Source: a virus. From it: a stretch of DNA of 64,000 nt. The translations under genes were made by a program, and so were the position numbers. The stretch is from the IMG/VR virus record IMGVR_UViG_3300002461_000777, positions 3,256-67,255 of that record. One strand, given 5' to 3'. Of this stretch, positions 28,770-38,769 are shown piece by piece; the stretch's first letter is position 1, and each line of letters begins with the position of its first letter. A model generated the notes under the pieces. That model saw only the letters and a program-made list of their open reading frames with translations, was not told the DNA's origin and ran no database searches.

Positions 28770-30347
28770 TTATCCGTTGGGTCCAGCGCCAAAAGTAGTG
28801 GGTAATGGAATCTCATTATTTGGAGATTCGTCGTCCGATGTCTCTACACCATCAGCACCACCGGGGTCCATGCCGTCGACTCCCCCACCACTTTCTAGTT
28901 TGATTTTATCTTGTTCTTCCTTGATTTGATCTTCAGTAAAGTACATCACATTCTTTGAAACGTATTCTTGACTGTATAATTTCCCCGCAAATTCCATAGC
29001 ATCACGTGCTAATGTGATACGCTCACGCATAATCTCCATGTCATTCAATTGGCTAAAGTATGTGTCTTGTGCCCATCTAAAGCGGATCTTTTGTTTAACG
29101 TCTTTCCATTCATCAACAGTTATCACACCCTTCATTATCAGTTGTACCCTAAGCACTTGAAGAAGGATATCGACGAATTTATTTCTTAGGCTGCTAACGA
29201 ATTTACCGAATTTGTATTCTTCTCTCGAAATTTCAGAAGCTCTACCGATACCACCAAAGGGATTATCAGCTTTTAGACGAGACAATGGAACGTTGAGAGA
29301 ATTGTATAGTTTCTGGGAGAACCAAGAAAGCTGTTCGATCATGTCGCTGAAAGAATTACCACCCTGAAGCTGCTGCACTTCGGTGCTTTTTCCATCACGA
29401 CGAGCGAACCAGAAATCCTCCATCATTGAAAGGTGACGTTTCTCATCTTTCACCTCACCAGTAACCGGATCGTAAGCGATGTTGTTACGATACTTTGCAG
29501 CTTGTTCCTCAATATGCTTGGTAGCCTGACCACGCGGCAAATTACCAACATCGATATAGAAAATGCGCCGTTCCGGTGCACGAGAAATTTTATAAATTAC
29601 GGTTGCATCCTCCATCATGTTCAACATGTTTAGAGGCTTAATTGCCTTATGCAAATATGAGCAAATTAGACCAGATTTAGCATCAGTACGACCAGAATGA
29701 ATGTAAGCAATCGAATCCGGTGCTAAAGCCACACCCTCGAATTTTGTGCCGGGTGTGGCCATGTTGTTTTGATCATAAGTGAAGTATTCTTGATATTTCT
29801 CGATATACTGAATGTTCGCATCATTGATTGCTACTGTTTCTTTGCGAACCTTCCTCATTTTTCTGGGGTCAATATATCTAAGTTCTTGGACGCCTTCTTC
29901 CGGTTTTGCCGGGTCGACGACGATATAGAAATAAAGCCTTGCATCAACATACCATTTACGGAACATATTTTGAGCTTCTCTATTGAATTCGAGAAGATCT
30001 AATACTCTAGTGAAGTTATCTTTAATTTCTTCTTTGACTTCATCCGGGAATTCCAGCAAATCCAGATTTAATGAAATCGGTTCTAACTCATCGAGAACAA
30101 TAGCTTCATTTACGATTTCTTGGATAGCTGTATCAATTTCTGCTTGATCTGCCATGATCCGATAACGATTAATCAGATCTACTTCAGATGCTCCAGAGAA
30201 GTCCATATTAATATATGTTGACATTGAATCAACATAGGAGGTGGTGCCGTCTTCATTCGGGAGACCAACAATATTCCTGCTATTGTCAATCTTTTTGTCC
30301 TTTACGAAGGTAAATCCAAATAATTTAAGAGCCATAGTGGTGTGCAA
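28770..30347 (-). CDS. 20: portal vertex protein
   Basis: FRKWYVDARLYF, ELRYIDPRK, SYLHKAIKP, RAPERRIFYIDVGNLP, MMEDFW..RR, YNSLNVP.SR. Confidence 0.98.
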   Translation of the reverse strand: MHTTMALKLFGFTFVKDKKIDNSRNIVGLPNEDGTTSYVDSMSTYINMDFSGASEVDLINRYRIMADQAEIDTAIQEIVNEAIVLDELEPISLNLDLLEFPDEVKEEIKDNFTRVLDLLEFNREAQNMFRKWYVDARLYFYIVVDPAKPEEGVQELRYIDPRKMRKVRKETVAINDANIQYIEKYQEYFTYDQNNMATPGTKFEGVALAPDSIAYIHSGRTDAKSGLICSYLHKAIKPLNMLNMMEDATVIYKISRAPERRIFYIDVGNLPRGQATKHIEEQAAKYRNNIAYDPVTGEVKDEKRHLSMMEDFWFARRDGKSTEVQQLQGGNSFSDMIEQLSWFSQKLYNSLNVPLSRLKADNPFGGIGRASEISREEYKFGKFVSSLRNKFVDILLQVLRVQLIMKGVITVDEWKDVKQKIRFRWAQDTYFSQLNDMEIMRERITLARDAMEFAGKLYSQEYVSKNVMYFTEDQIKEEQDKIKLESGGGVDGMDPGGADGVETSDDESPNNEIPLPTTFGAGPNG

Positions 30348-30366
30348 AATTATTTACACACAGATC

Positions 30367-30391
30367 TGAGGAGCCATGATAGCTCCTCAGA
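30367..30391. terminator. hairpin, probable terminator
   Basis: CTGAGGAGC-CATGATA-GCTCCTCAG. Confidence 0.6.
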
Positions 30392-30415
30392 GAGAATTCA
30401 GTAATGAATTATTTG

Positions 30416-30757
30416 TTATGTGACTGCGATTTCGACATCCAAACCACAAGCACGAAGACGGGAATAAACTGTCTGGCGATGTTGGGGTGAATTACCCTTC
30501 GTAGCATTTACTAGCTGTCTCAGACGATCAGTAGGGTCAGCAGTAATACCATAGTATACTTCATTACCGTTAGACACTTCAAAAATAGCGGTACGGATAG
30601 AATCCTTATCCTTCAACACACCACCACTGTTACAGCGCTCATTAAGTACTACTCGGTCGATTGTTTGGTTGATTAGGCGTGCTTGCTCTTCGCGAGCCTT
30701 GCCGGGAGAACCGCGCCACTTTACGACGCGAAAGGAGAATTGCTTGGTTTTTGCCAT
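30416..30757 (-). CDS. hypothetical protein, possibly permuted or degenerate GIY-YIG fold
   Basis: Start MAKTKQF with TATAAT 6 nt upstream; AIFEV.N...YYGIT..P..R. Confidence 0.45.
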   Translation of the reverse strand: MAKTKQFSFRVVKWRGSPGKAREEQARLINQTIDRVVLNERCNSGGVLKDKDSIRTAIFEVSNGNEVYYGITADPTDRLRQLVNATKGNSPQHRQTVYSRLRACGLDVEIAVT

Positions 30758-31738
30758 ACACCAATTATAATACCATTGAATCATTGCGTCTATCCAATAA
30801 ATCTTGTTATACTGTGTACAGATATGGACAGACTCCCATCGCTTTGTGTACCTTTTACTATCCACAACAAATACGAAGATGCTGAAACTAATAGAATGTA
30901 CAATCTTAGCCGATTTTTAGAACCTTTCTTTGGTCATCCTTTTAGACAATCCTCAAGCATCGAAGATACTGACCAAGCCACCGATCTCGTTCTCCTCAAT
31001 GACGATAGAACTAGGCTAGCTGTACGGTTCTTGAGGCTGAAGGGTAATTTGACCACCGATAATTTCACACGTTGTACTATCAGACATGAAGCTAAAGTGG
31101 GCTATACGGAACTGGAAAAATTGGAGAACAACATGAATCCCAATTTTCTATATTGTTCAGTCCAAGCTACATTTGGTAATCACATAGACAAAGTGCATGA
31201 AGTTGTGGTGATAGACATGAAGAATTTCAAAGAAGAAATCTCTCCATTAATCCGCAAACAGCCTTTCGTAACAATGTCAGATAAAGCTTGGGGTCGAAAC
31301 CACTATAATTTCCGATGGATGGATATCACTCCCGAAAAAATCTTGTTTCATTGGGCAGAGAATCACGTTTATGTCAATAAATTGAACATGTATTCGTGGC
31401 GAAATCAATTGGCTAGTATGTTATCGAATTACACATTGTTTTCCAAATATAACAGAACGCTGTCTGATGTTACAATGACTAGATGGCCGAACAATCCGAC
31501 CACACCGCAATGGAGATCTCTATTAACTCCCACGTTGATCAAAATCCCGCAATTCAGGATTGCTCCAGCATTAAGACCATTATCACAAAAGGAATACGAT
31601 GGGCTGTCTGGTTCTCCAGAACTCAAGAAATTATATGAGGGATGCACATCAATAGAAAATTGGTATAAAATGGTCAAATTTGTTATAGAATATGGAGATT
31701 CCTCTGAAGACTTTAGACTCCATACAGGAATATGTTAG
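30683..31738 (+). CDS. hypothetical protein (true start probably internal)
   Basis: Long ORF; 5' part overlaps divergent gene. Confidence 0.6.
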   Translation: MLFASLAGRTAPLYDAKGELLGFCHTPIIIPLNHCVYPINLVILCTDMDRLPSLCVPFTIHNKYEDAETNRMYNLSRFLEPFFGHPFRQSSSIEDTDQATDLVLLNDDRTRLAVRFLRLKGNLTTDNFTRCTIRHEAKVGYTELEKLENNMNPNFLYCSVQATFGNHIDKVHEVVVIDMKNFKEEISPLIRKQPFVTMSDKAWGRNHYNFRWMDITPEKILFHWAENHVYVNKLNMYSWRNQLASMLSNYTLFSKYNRTLSDVTMTRWPNNPTTPQWRSLLTPTLIKIPQFRIAPALRPLSQKEYDGLSGSPELKKLYEGCTSIENWYKMVKFVIEYGDSSEDFRLHTGIC

Positions 31739-31755
31739 AATAAAAAGGAACAACT

Positions 31756-32424
31756 ATGATAAACATGAAGAGCCTCAAATCTCTAATTTTTGAAGAAGAA
31801 CCCGAAGTAAAGGAAACTGATGTTCCAAAACCAGCATCACCAAATTCTTTTCCACCAATCACCAAATTGAACATTTCTCCTCCTACCGTCGCGCCAGTCT
31901 TGCAAATGAAGAGCAATATCGGGGAAGAAATCAATGAAGTTATGGCGAAAATCAATGATTCTATTAGAGGAAATCATCTGGTCCCCGGCCATCACAAAGT
32001 TCTCGAATTGTTCCAAGCTAGTTTAGCTAATCTTCAAAAGTACATTCCGAGTGAGGATGTTAGAGTGGCGGCGGCGATCGATCAAATCAAAGCTGCTGGC
32101 TTTACCAAAGAAGATTTGTTGGCAGCTTATGGGCAGCTTACGATTAATTTGGAGTCCGAATACAAAATTTTCCAGACTATGTTGAGTCAAAAGACTTCCG
32201 TGGATGTTGATCAGCGTCAATCAGAAATCGACCAGATCAATCAGAAAATTATTGAAGCCAGAGTCAATATTGATAATTGGGAAAAGGAACAAAGGGATCT
32301 TTCGGCGAGTATCACCGACAGCAAGATTCAACTTTCGCAGAGAGAATCCAATTTCCAGTTAGCTAGTGGTAGAATCCAAAATGAAATCGAATCAATGAAA
32401 GGCTTGATTACCAATGCAAAATAG
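31756..32424 (+). CDS. coiled-coil protein, first gene of ABC/OmpA operon
   Basis: 222 aa heptad-rich C-terminal half; AAGGA RBS. Confidence 0.7.
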   Translation: MINMKSLKSLIFEEEPEVKETDVPKPASPNSFPPITKLNISPPTVAPVLQMKSNIGEEINEVMAKINDSIRGNHLVPGHHKVLELFQASLANLQKYIPSEDVRVAAAIDQIKAAGFTKEDLLAAYGQLTINLESEYKIFQTMLSQKTSVDVDQRQSEIDQINQKIIEARVNIDNWEKEQRDLSASITDSKIQLSQRESNFQLASGRIQNEIESMKGLITNAK

Positions 32425-33397
32425 TAAGAAGTTTCTAGACAAACCAGAGAATGTAGCATCATTAGTTATTAATGTAGCTATTGGTGGTTTGATAATTTAT
32501 TTTTGGGGACAAATTGTTCCTTTTCTGTTAAAGGCTGTGACTGACACTTTGTATTTGACTTTAGTTTCAATTGCTGTCGTTGCTATTTTCTATATCATCG
32601 CTGACAATAAGTTCAGGAACATGGTTTTTTACATTTACAGGTCGATCATGAGGTTTATCGCTGGTCAATTTGTTAATATGGACCCTATCGGTATCATTAG
32701 GACATATATCGAAAAAGCCAAGAAGAATAGCGAACTCCTACAAGAGGCAATCAATGACACACTAGGCGCTAAACAGGCTTTGAAAAGTTCTATAGCTGAT
32801 GGAAAGAAAGTTATAGATGAAGCCGCCGCCAATATCAATGTATTGAAAAAGCGGGAACCTAATGAAGAAACCATGAGGTTGATGACTATTCAGGCCAATC
32901 AAATCAATAGGTACACTGAAATGGTGGAGCAACAAGAAGGTGACCTTGTTAAATTGGAAACCATGGGTAAAATTCTGAAAAGATACAAGTCGATTTGTGA
33001 CAGTGTTATCTTGGATAAAGAGAATGATTTGGGTCTGCGTATCAAAAAACGCAAGAATTCACGAACATTCGCTAACGGTGTGAAGACAGCTTATGGTATT
33101 TTGAAAGGGAATGTTGATGATAATGAGATGTATGAACTTTCAAAAGAATCATTGGATGCTGACTATGCCAAGCAAATGGGGGATGTAGAAGGTCTCATTG
33201 AGTCCACAAAGGATATCGTGATGACAGCGGATCTTAAGGATGCAGTCGCGATCGAGAAAGCCTTCAAGAAATTCGATGTTTGGCAAAACACAGCCAATGT
33301 TGAATTTGGTGATACCAGCAAAAAAGCTATTTTGATAGAAGCCGCGAGTAATGGCAGTGTTGTTCCAGTGCAAAAGCAAGCAGAAAAATACTTCTAA
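32414..33397 (+). CDS. membrane-anchored coiled-coil protein (PspA/IM30-like architecture)
   Basis: Two N-terminal TM segments, DPIGII..YI then long coiled coil. Confidence 0.7.
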   Translation: MQNSKKFLDKPENVASLVINVAIGGLIIYFWGQIVPFLLKAVTDTLYLTLVSIAVVAIFYIIADNKFRNMVFYIYRSIMRFIAGQFVNMDPIGIIRTYIEKAKKNSELLQEAINDTLGAKQALKSSIADGKKVIDEAAANINVLKKREPNEETMRLMTIQANQINRYTEMVEQQEGDLVKLETMGKILKRYKSICDSVILDKENDLGLRIKKRKNSRTFANGVKTAYGILKGNVDDNEMYELSKESLDADYAKQMGDVEGLIESTKDIVMTADLKDAVAIEKAFKKFDVWQNTANVEFGDTSKKAILIEAASNGSVVPVQKQAEKYF

Positions 33398-33461
33398 ACC
33401 GATTATTTCAAAACAAAATGTCATCTGTCACGATGACGGATTAAACAGGAGAGAATACATT

Positions 33462-35231
33462 ATGGGAATGAAACCCCTACCTAAGATTTTGATTTCTATG
33501 ATTGGCGTTGGGACAGTCTTTTTTGGTATCAAAGAAGCTGCCTACAGAGGATACATCCCGAGACCAGATGCCCTCAAATCAGTCATTCCTATCAAGGCCG
33601 ATTTGATTGAAGCTCAGGTATTGGAGACGGATAAGAATGTAAAGATTACTTCTTTGCCATCCAGATCACCTGTCACCAATAGCATTCCCGAAATGCGGAT
33701 TGCAGTCTGGGCATGGAACGCTCAGATGGGATTGATGTACGCTAATGGTGGTGAACTCACCACACAGAATAGCCTGATGGATAAGCAAAAAGTAAAATTG
33801 CGGATCGTCAGACAAGATGATCCCTCCAAAATGCAAGATATGTTGATGGCTACAGCACAGAGTCTATCCGAAAATCGTTCGATGCCTTCCGATAGTGCTC
33901 AATTCGTGGCTATTATGGGTGATGGAGCAGCACCATTCTTGGCAAGTTTGAATGGCCGTCTCAGTCGTCTTGGTTCAGAATACGAAGCTGAAGTGATCGA
34001 TATTATCGGTTATTCTCGTAATGAAGACAAATTCATGGGTCCCGTTGAATGGAAGAATGACCCACAAAAAGCACGAGGTGGAGTAGGAGTAGCTGTATTG
34101 CGTGACGGTGATTGGAATTTGGCGATGCGTTGGTTGGAACAAAATGGCATTCCAAATAACCCAGATGAGAAGACATACGATCCAGAGGCTTTCAATTGGA
34201 TCTCGGTTAATTCTTACATCGAGGCATCAGAAAAATACATCTCTAATTATTGTGAAGAAAGACCTATCAAGGGTAAGCCGTCTGAAAAGAAAAAGGTTTG
34301 TGCTCAAGCTCCTGCTACTTGGACGCCGGGTGATGTGATGATAGCTGAGAAAAAGGGTGGGATTGTAACCTTGATGTCAACCAAGAGTGCCATTTTCCAG
34401 ATGCCATGCACAATTATCGGGATTAAGAAATATAACTCGAACAATGCTGACAGAATTGCTGGATTCATTGCAGCGGCCTCAGATGGTGCTGACCAGATCA
34501 GGAACTCACAGGAAGCTTTCAAACGAGCAGCAGAAGTCAGTACAGCAGTCTATAAAGAGCAAAATCCCGAGTATTGGATGAAGTACTTCCATGGTGTGAC
34601 CAAGAAAGATCTGCAGGGACATGAGATCGAGCTAGGTGGATCATCAGTAGCTAATTTGGCTGACGCAGAACAAGCCTTTGGGATTCGAGGTGGAGTTAAT
34701 ATCTTCCAATCGACATACGAGACGTTTGGTAATATCGCCAAACAGCAGTATCCTAATATTCTACCAACCTTCCCACCAGCTTCTACCATTTTGAATACAC
34801 GCTATGTCTTGATGGCTAAAAACAAGCTGAATGATACAGATGTAAAAGTGGAAAAGATCAATTATTCTTCTAGTGTGAGTGAGGTCGTTGCTCGAAGAAA
34901 TTACTCTATTAATTATGGTGTTGGATCAGCCGTGATTTTGGCTAGTAGTTTTGAAACTTTAAAGCAAATCACCTCTGATATGGTCACTTCTAACAACACG
35001 ATGATTATCCATGGTCATACCGATAATACCGGAACTCCAGATGGTAATATCGCCTTGAGTCAGAAAAGAGCAGACGCTGTAAAAGCTTTCATTATGACTA
35101 AAGGTGGTGACAGAGTACCATCGAGCCGCATCCTCACGGTTGCACATGGCCAAGAGGAACCGATTGAATCAAACACCACCGAAGTCGGAAGATCCAAGAA
35201 TCGGCGAGTAGAAATCATTTTGGGTAATTAA
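33462..35231 (+). CDS. ABC substrate-binding (SsuA/NMT1-like) domain fused to C-terminal OmpA peptidoglycan-binding domain
   Basis: AGGAG RBS; N-terminal TM; GYSRNEDKFMGP; IHGHTDNTG...NIALSQKRA.AV...NRRVEI OmpA signature. Confidence 0.85.
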   Translation: MGMKPLPKILISMIGVGTVFFGIKEAAYRGYIPRPDALKSVIPIKADLIEAQVLETDKNVKITSLPSRSPVTNSIPEMRIAVWAWNAQMGLMYANGGELTTQNSLMDKQKVKLRIVRQDDPSKMQDMLMATAQSLSENRSMPSDSAQFVAIMGDGAAPFLASLNGRLSRLGSEYEAEVIDIIGYSRNEDKFMGPVEWKNDPQKARGGVGVAVLRDGDWNLAMRWLEQNGIPNNPDEKTYDPEAFNWISVNSYIEASEKYISNYCEERPIKGKPSEKKKVCAQAPATWTPGDVMIAEKKGGIVTLMSTKSAIFQMPCTIIGIKKYNSNNADRIAGFIAAASDGADQIRNSQEAFKRAAEVSTAVYKEQNPEYWMKYFHGVTKKDLQGHEIELGGSSVANLADAEQAFGIRGGVNIFQSTYETFGNIAKQQYPNILPTFPPASTILNTRYVLMAKNKLNDTDVKVEKINYSSSVSEVVARRNYSINYGVGSAVILASSFETLKQITSDMVTSNNTMIIHGHTDNTGTPDGNIALSQKRADAVKAFIMTKGGDRVPSSRILTVAHGQEEPIESNTTEVGRSKNRRVEIILGN

Positions 35232-35233
35232 TC

Positions 35234-36019
35234 ATGAAAGCAATCAAATTGAAATTAGACCAATTTGATGTATTGGGGAAAACCAGTTCTTTAGGGGGCT
35301 GGTTTTTTCTCCTATTATTCGCATTAGTCTACGAAATCGGTCGACCTCGACTTTTGCCATCTTTATCAGAAATTCCAAGCGGGTTTATGAGTATTCTTGG
35401 AAAAGGAATATTGGATGATTTGATAGTAAGCATGAATTGTTATTTGATGGCAGTTGGTTTAACCATCATCTTCAATTTTGCTATCTTGAGTCTAGTATCA
35501 ATACCCAACCGTTTCGGTGTGATGATGTCTGGATTGAGTGATTTAATATCGATAGGACGATTCAACGGATTTGTAGGCTTACCACTCATTTTAACTCTTT
35601 TGATAGGGGATCTTTACTGGTCCAAGATCATCATGTTATCATGTGGTATGACCCTGTTTTTGTTGCCGTCCCTTATAGATGTAAAAGACACTATCAGGAG
35701 AGATCAATATGAGCATGCTAGGACATTACAATTCGGTGATTTGAAGATCTTGATTGAAGTGGTGTTATGGGGTAAGTTGACAGAGTATTTTGGTGCTGTT
35801 AGAACCAATATCGCGATGGGATGGATGATGTTGCCTATGGTAGAGGGAACCTTTCGAACAGAAGGTGGTATTGGTGTGGTGCTGCTGACAGAAGACAAGT
35901 ACAAAAAACTGGATGACTTATATGCCACTATCTTGCTGGTCTTATTCACCGGATTTTTGATTGACAAATTTGCCGGGACTTTAGAGAAGATTATCTTCCC
36001 ATGGAAACCCAAGAAATAA
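35234..36019 (+). CDS. ABC transporter permease (TauC/SsuC-like)
   Basis: Six TM segments; LPS.SEI, EAA-loop-like YEHARTL.FG, EGGIG. Confidence 0.85.
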   Translation: MKAIKLKLDQFDVLGKTSSLGGWFFLLLFALVYEIGRPRLLPSLSEIPSGFMSILGKGILDDLIVSMNCYLMAVGLTIIFNFAILSLVSIPNRFGVMMSGLSDLISIGRFNGFVGLPLILTLLIGDLYWSKIIMLSCGMTLFLLPSLIDVKDTIRRDQYEHARTLQFGDLKILIEVVLWGKLTEYFGAVRTNIAMGWMMLPMVEGTFRTEGGIGVVLLTEDKYKKLDDLYATILLVLFTGFLIDKFAGTLEKIIFPWKPKK

Positions 36020-36028
36020 AGGAAAAAT

Positions 36029-36370
36029 ATGACATCAAATAATACAAAAACAAAGTATAAACGTGGTGATTTGGTAGTCTGGCATATCGCACAGATTCCG
36101 GGTCCTCAATTCCGGGTGAAGGTAGACGATCTTCGAAGTGCCAAATTGATTCTGGATACATTGGCTAATTATGACAGTTATCAATATCAGAACAAAATCA
36201 AAGGTGATTATGCCAGTGCTGGTGGTCTCTTAGTTTGGGATTCAGACTTAGAACCTGATGAGGATGGCGAAAGATTTACTGAATGGGCGGATGAACATGG
36301 TAACTCCATCGATAATGTAGAGAATTTGGATAGAGCCATTTGGGAAATGGACGTCAATCTAGGATTTTAA
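36029..36370 (+). CDS. P22 gp17-like superinfection-exclusion-escape protein
   Basis: VWHIAQIPG..F.V.V....A..I.DTLA.YD.YQY.N.IK.DY....GL.VWD resembles P22 gp17 family as recalled. Confidence 0.65.
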   Translation: MTSNNTKTKYKRGDLVVWHIAQIPGPQFRVKVDDLRSAKLILDTLANYDSYQYQNKIKGDYASAGGLLVWDSDLEPDEDGERFTEWADEHGNSIDNVENLDRAIWEMDVNLGF

Positions 36371-36372
36371 AA

Positions 36373-37164
36373 ATGCATAAAAGATTAGAGAAACTGGTTG
36401 AAATCAAAGATGTCTGCTTGTCTTATGGTACAAAAAGGATTTTCGACTCAATTAATCTAGAAATCCATAATGGGCATAGGGATGGTCAAACCACTGGTCA
36501 GATAGTCAGTCTATTGGGGCCATCCGGTGTCGGCAAAACTCAACTATTAAGGATTGTTGCGGGTTTGCAGAAACCGAATAGCGGAGAGGTATTGATTGGT
36601 GGGAAATCGGTAGTAGATGCTGGCCGGGTCGGTGTAGTGCTTCAAAAATATCCTTTGTTTGAACATAGGACTATCAGAGGCAATCTTTCGGTAGTATCAG
36701 AGAAACCCAAACAGAATCATGGGGGTTCATTGCATTCTGTTGACAAATACTTGGAGATATTCGGATTATCAGAACATTCATCCAAGTACCCACACGAAAT
36801 CAGTGGTGGTATGCAGCAGAGAGTAGCAATCTGTCAACAAATGTTAGCAATGGACTGCAATGAGAATTTCAAATTACTGTTGCTCGACGAACCTTTTGCA
36901 GCATTGGACCCTGTGAATATCAAAATCACGTGTCAATTGCTGCGTCAAACAGCTGATTTAGAAGATCATAATACTTTGATTGTAGTCACTCATGACATCC
37001 AAGCTGCGTTATTGGTTTCGGATGAAGTTTGGTATTTTGACAGAAACGATAATAATAAAATCAAAACTGTGGATATGGGTAATTATGGTGTGGCGTGGGA
37101 TAGCAGAAAATACAAGCAGATTGAACAAATTGAACAGATGATTTTAGAAAGTTACGGTAATTAA
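36373..37164 (+). CDS. ABC transporter ATP-binding protein (TauB/SsuB-like)
   Basis: GPSGVGKT, Q-loop, ISGGMQQR, LLLDEPF.ALD, VTHD. Confidence 0.92.
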   Translation: MHKRLEKLVEIKDVCLSYGTKRIFDSINLEIHNGHRDGQTTGQIVSLLGPSGVGKTQLLRIVAGLQKPNSGEVLIGGKSVVDAGRVGVVLQKYPLFEHRTIRGNLSVVSEKPKQNHGGSLHSVDKYLEIFGLSEHSSKYPHEISGGMQQRVAICQQMLAMDCNENFKLLLLDEPFAALDPVNIKITCQLLRQTADLEDHNTLIVVTHDIQAALLVSDEVWYFDRNDNNKIKTVDMGNYGVAWDSRKYKQIEQIEQMILESYGN

Positions 37165-37166
37165 AC

Positions 37167-38003
37167 ATGCCCTCCATTGTTTCCACGAACTTTGCTGCTG
37201 CCACTACCAGACTTATTGCAGCTGAAGCGATATCTGCCTTAATGGACAACCTTCTGATGGGTAATCTAATATACCGGAATTTTGATTCAGTACCCGCCAA
37301 GATTGGGGATACTGTGGATATGCCCATTTCAGTCTCGTCTAATACACCATTTGTATTAAAGGCTGTCGAAGCCACATTCCAAATTCCAGACCTCACACGA
37401 ATCATCAACAATTCTGATCTTGTGAAATTATATATGGAACCTTCAATTGTGGCTATTGCCGAGAAAATCGAACTGGATTTATTGTCATCAACCGCATCGT
37501 TCCCAGTAATAGCAATCTCGACCATTCCGACACCCCATGAGATTATTGACGACATAGATAATATGTTTTACCCCAATAGGAAAGACAAATATCTTATCAT
37601 GAGTCTCTCTGATTATTGTATTTTTAGTCAGGATAGTCGATTTAGTGCATATAGAGAAGCTTCCGAAATCGGCCTCAATCATATTAGGGGTGCTGTTGGT
37701 CGTCTAGGTGATTTTTATATTTTCAAATCACCACACATTCACAAAACCAGTCCCGCAAAACACGGATTCGCTTTCACCCAACATGCTCTCGGATTCATCA
37801 CTCGCCGACTTGAACATCATCCAGAAAATACAAACAAAATTTCTGAATATGCTGAAGTGGGGAATCTTGGTATCCGTGTTACAATGGATTTCCAACCAGA
37901 CACCTTGTCTCAACAGTTTACGATCGATATTCTTTATAGTACAGGTCCTTTACAAAATAAACACGGATTACGTATCAAAAAATTTGAGGATACTAATCAG
38001 TGA
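37167..38003 (+). CDS. P22-coat-family major capsid-like protein of foreign lineage
   Basis: LIAAEAI.AL..NL.MGNL..R.FD....K.GDTV..P, ATFQIPD, G.RV.M..QP..L.Q.FTIDILY; 278 aa. Confidence 0.7.
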   Translation: MPSIVSTNFAAATTRLIAAEAISALMDNLLMGNLIYRNFDSVPAKIGDTVDMPISVSSNTPFVLKAVEATFQIPDLTRIINNSDLVKLYMEPSIVAIAEKIELDLLSSTASFPVIAISTIPTPHEIIDDIDNMFYPNRKDKYLIMSLSDYCIFSQDSRFSAYREASEIGLNHIRGAVGRLGDFYIFKSPHIHKTSPAKHGFAFTQHALGFITRRLEHHPENTNKISEYAEVGNLGIRVTMDFQPDTLSQQFTIDILYSTGPLQNKHGLRIKKFEDTNQ

Positions 38004-38212
38004 GTTTTTGGTCAAGTAAAGACGTTGAAGATCGAGCTACTGCAAAGGATGCTTTCACTGCATCACATGTTGCAGCTTCGCCTCATAGTCATCTATGGTT
38101 AGCAATAACCGATTTACAGAATAAGATCAAAGCCACGAAAAATGATAGGCTGATCGCACAATATCAGGAAGCCATTAAATTTCTGAAAGAAAAAATTTCA
38201 CATGACCAATAA
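38000..38212 (+). CDS. hypothetical protein
   Basis: GTGA overlap with previous gene. Confidence 0.55.
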   Translation: MSFWSSKDVEDRATAKDAFTASHVAASPHSHLWLAITDLQNKIKATKNDRLIAQYQEAIKFLKEKISHDQ

Positions 38213-38483
38213 AGAAGCTTTTAGATCTAGAATGACAAAATACATGAGATGTCTTAGTACTGGCATTTCGACAGAATATTTTTGGCCTATTGAACTCGAT
38301 TCATTGGAACCCCAACATGCAGCATTATTCTCATATCATTACTTAAAAGGCATGGATTGGAAATTGTGTTGCACGAAAATGGGATTAACTCAGCCAGAAT
38401 TTATCAAATTGCTTGAAGAGACACAAGAAAAAATTGGTGCCATACTAAATAGGATTGACCATGAAATTCAAAGAATTCGTTAA
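38202..38483 (+). CDS. hypothetical protein with C-terminal HTH-like segment
   Basis: LF.YHYL.G.DWKLCC..MGL. Confidence 0.55.
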   Translation: MTNKEAFRSRMTKYMRCLSTGISTEYFWPIELDSLEPQHAALFSYHYLKGMDWKLCCTKMGLTQPEFIKLLEETQEKIGAILNRIDHEIQRIR

Positions 38484-38757
38484 CGAAAAAGCATTGATTA
38501 AAGAAGATGCTGAAAAAGTTGTTACATCAGAATATCTCCGTTCTTACATAAAAGAACATGGACGAGAGCATCTGGAGATGTATGTGGCATCGGTGCAAGC
38601 ACAGAATGCTAGCACCAAAGAACAGGATATGTATGATTATTTCCATGGTGGTGTCTTGGGATCTACTCAAATGAAAAATGACGAATTAATCAGTACAGCA
38701 GCCTTCTTCGCGGCTAATATGGAAATTGCGGATTTCTTAGAAATCGTTAATTCCTAG
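38461..38757 (+). CDS. putative capsid-targeted internal protein
   Basis: MKFKEFVNE-K; TAAATA at 38446-38451. Confidence 0.7.
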   Translation: MKFKEFVNEKALIKEDAEKVVTSEYLRSYIKEHGREHLEMYVASVQAQNASTKEQDMYDYFHGGVLGSTQMKNDELISTAAFFAANMEIADFLEIVNS

Positions 38758-38769
38758 AGACAATTGACT

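Noticed and set aside
31756-31800. Capsid-targeting tag on MKSLKSLIFEE
   Set aside because: Deviates from the F-x-x-F-L-x-E pattern, and the gene heads a membrane operon; not counted
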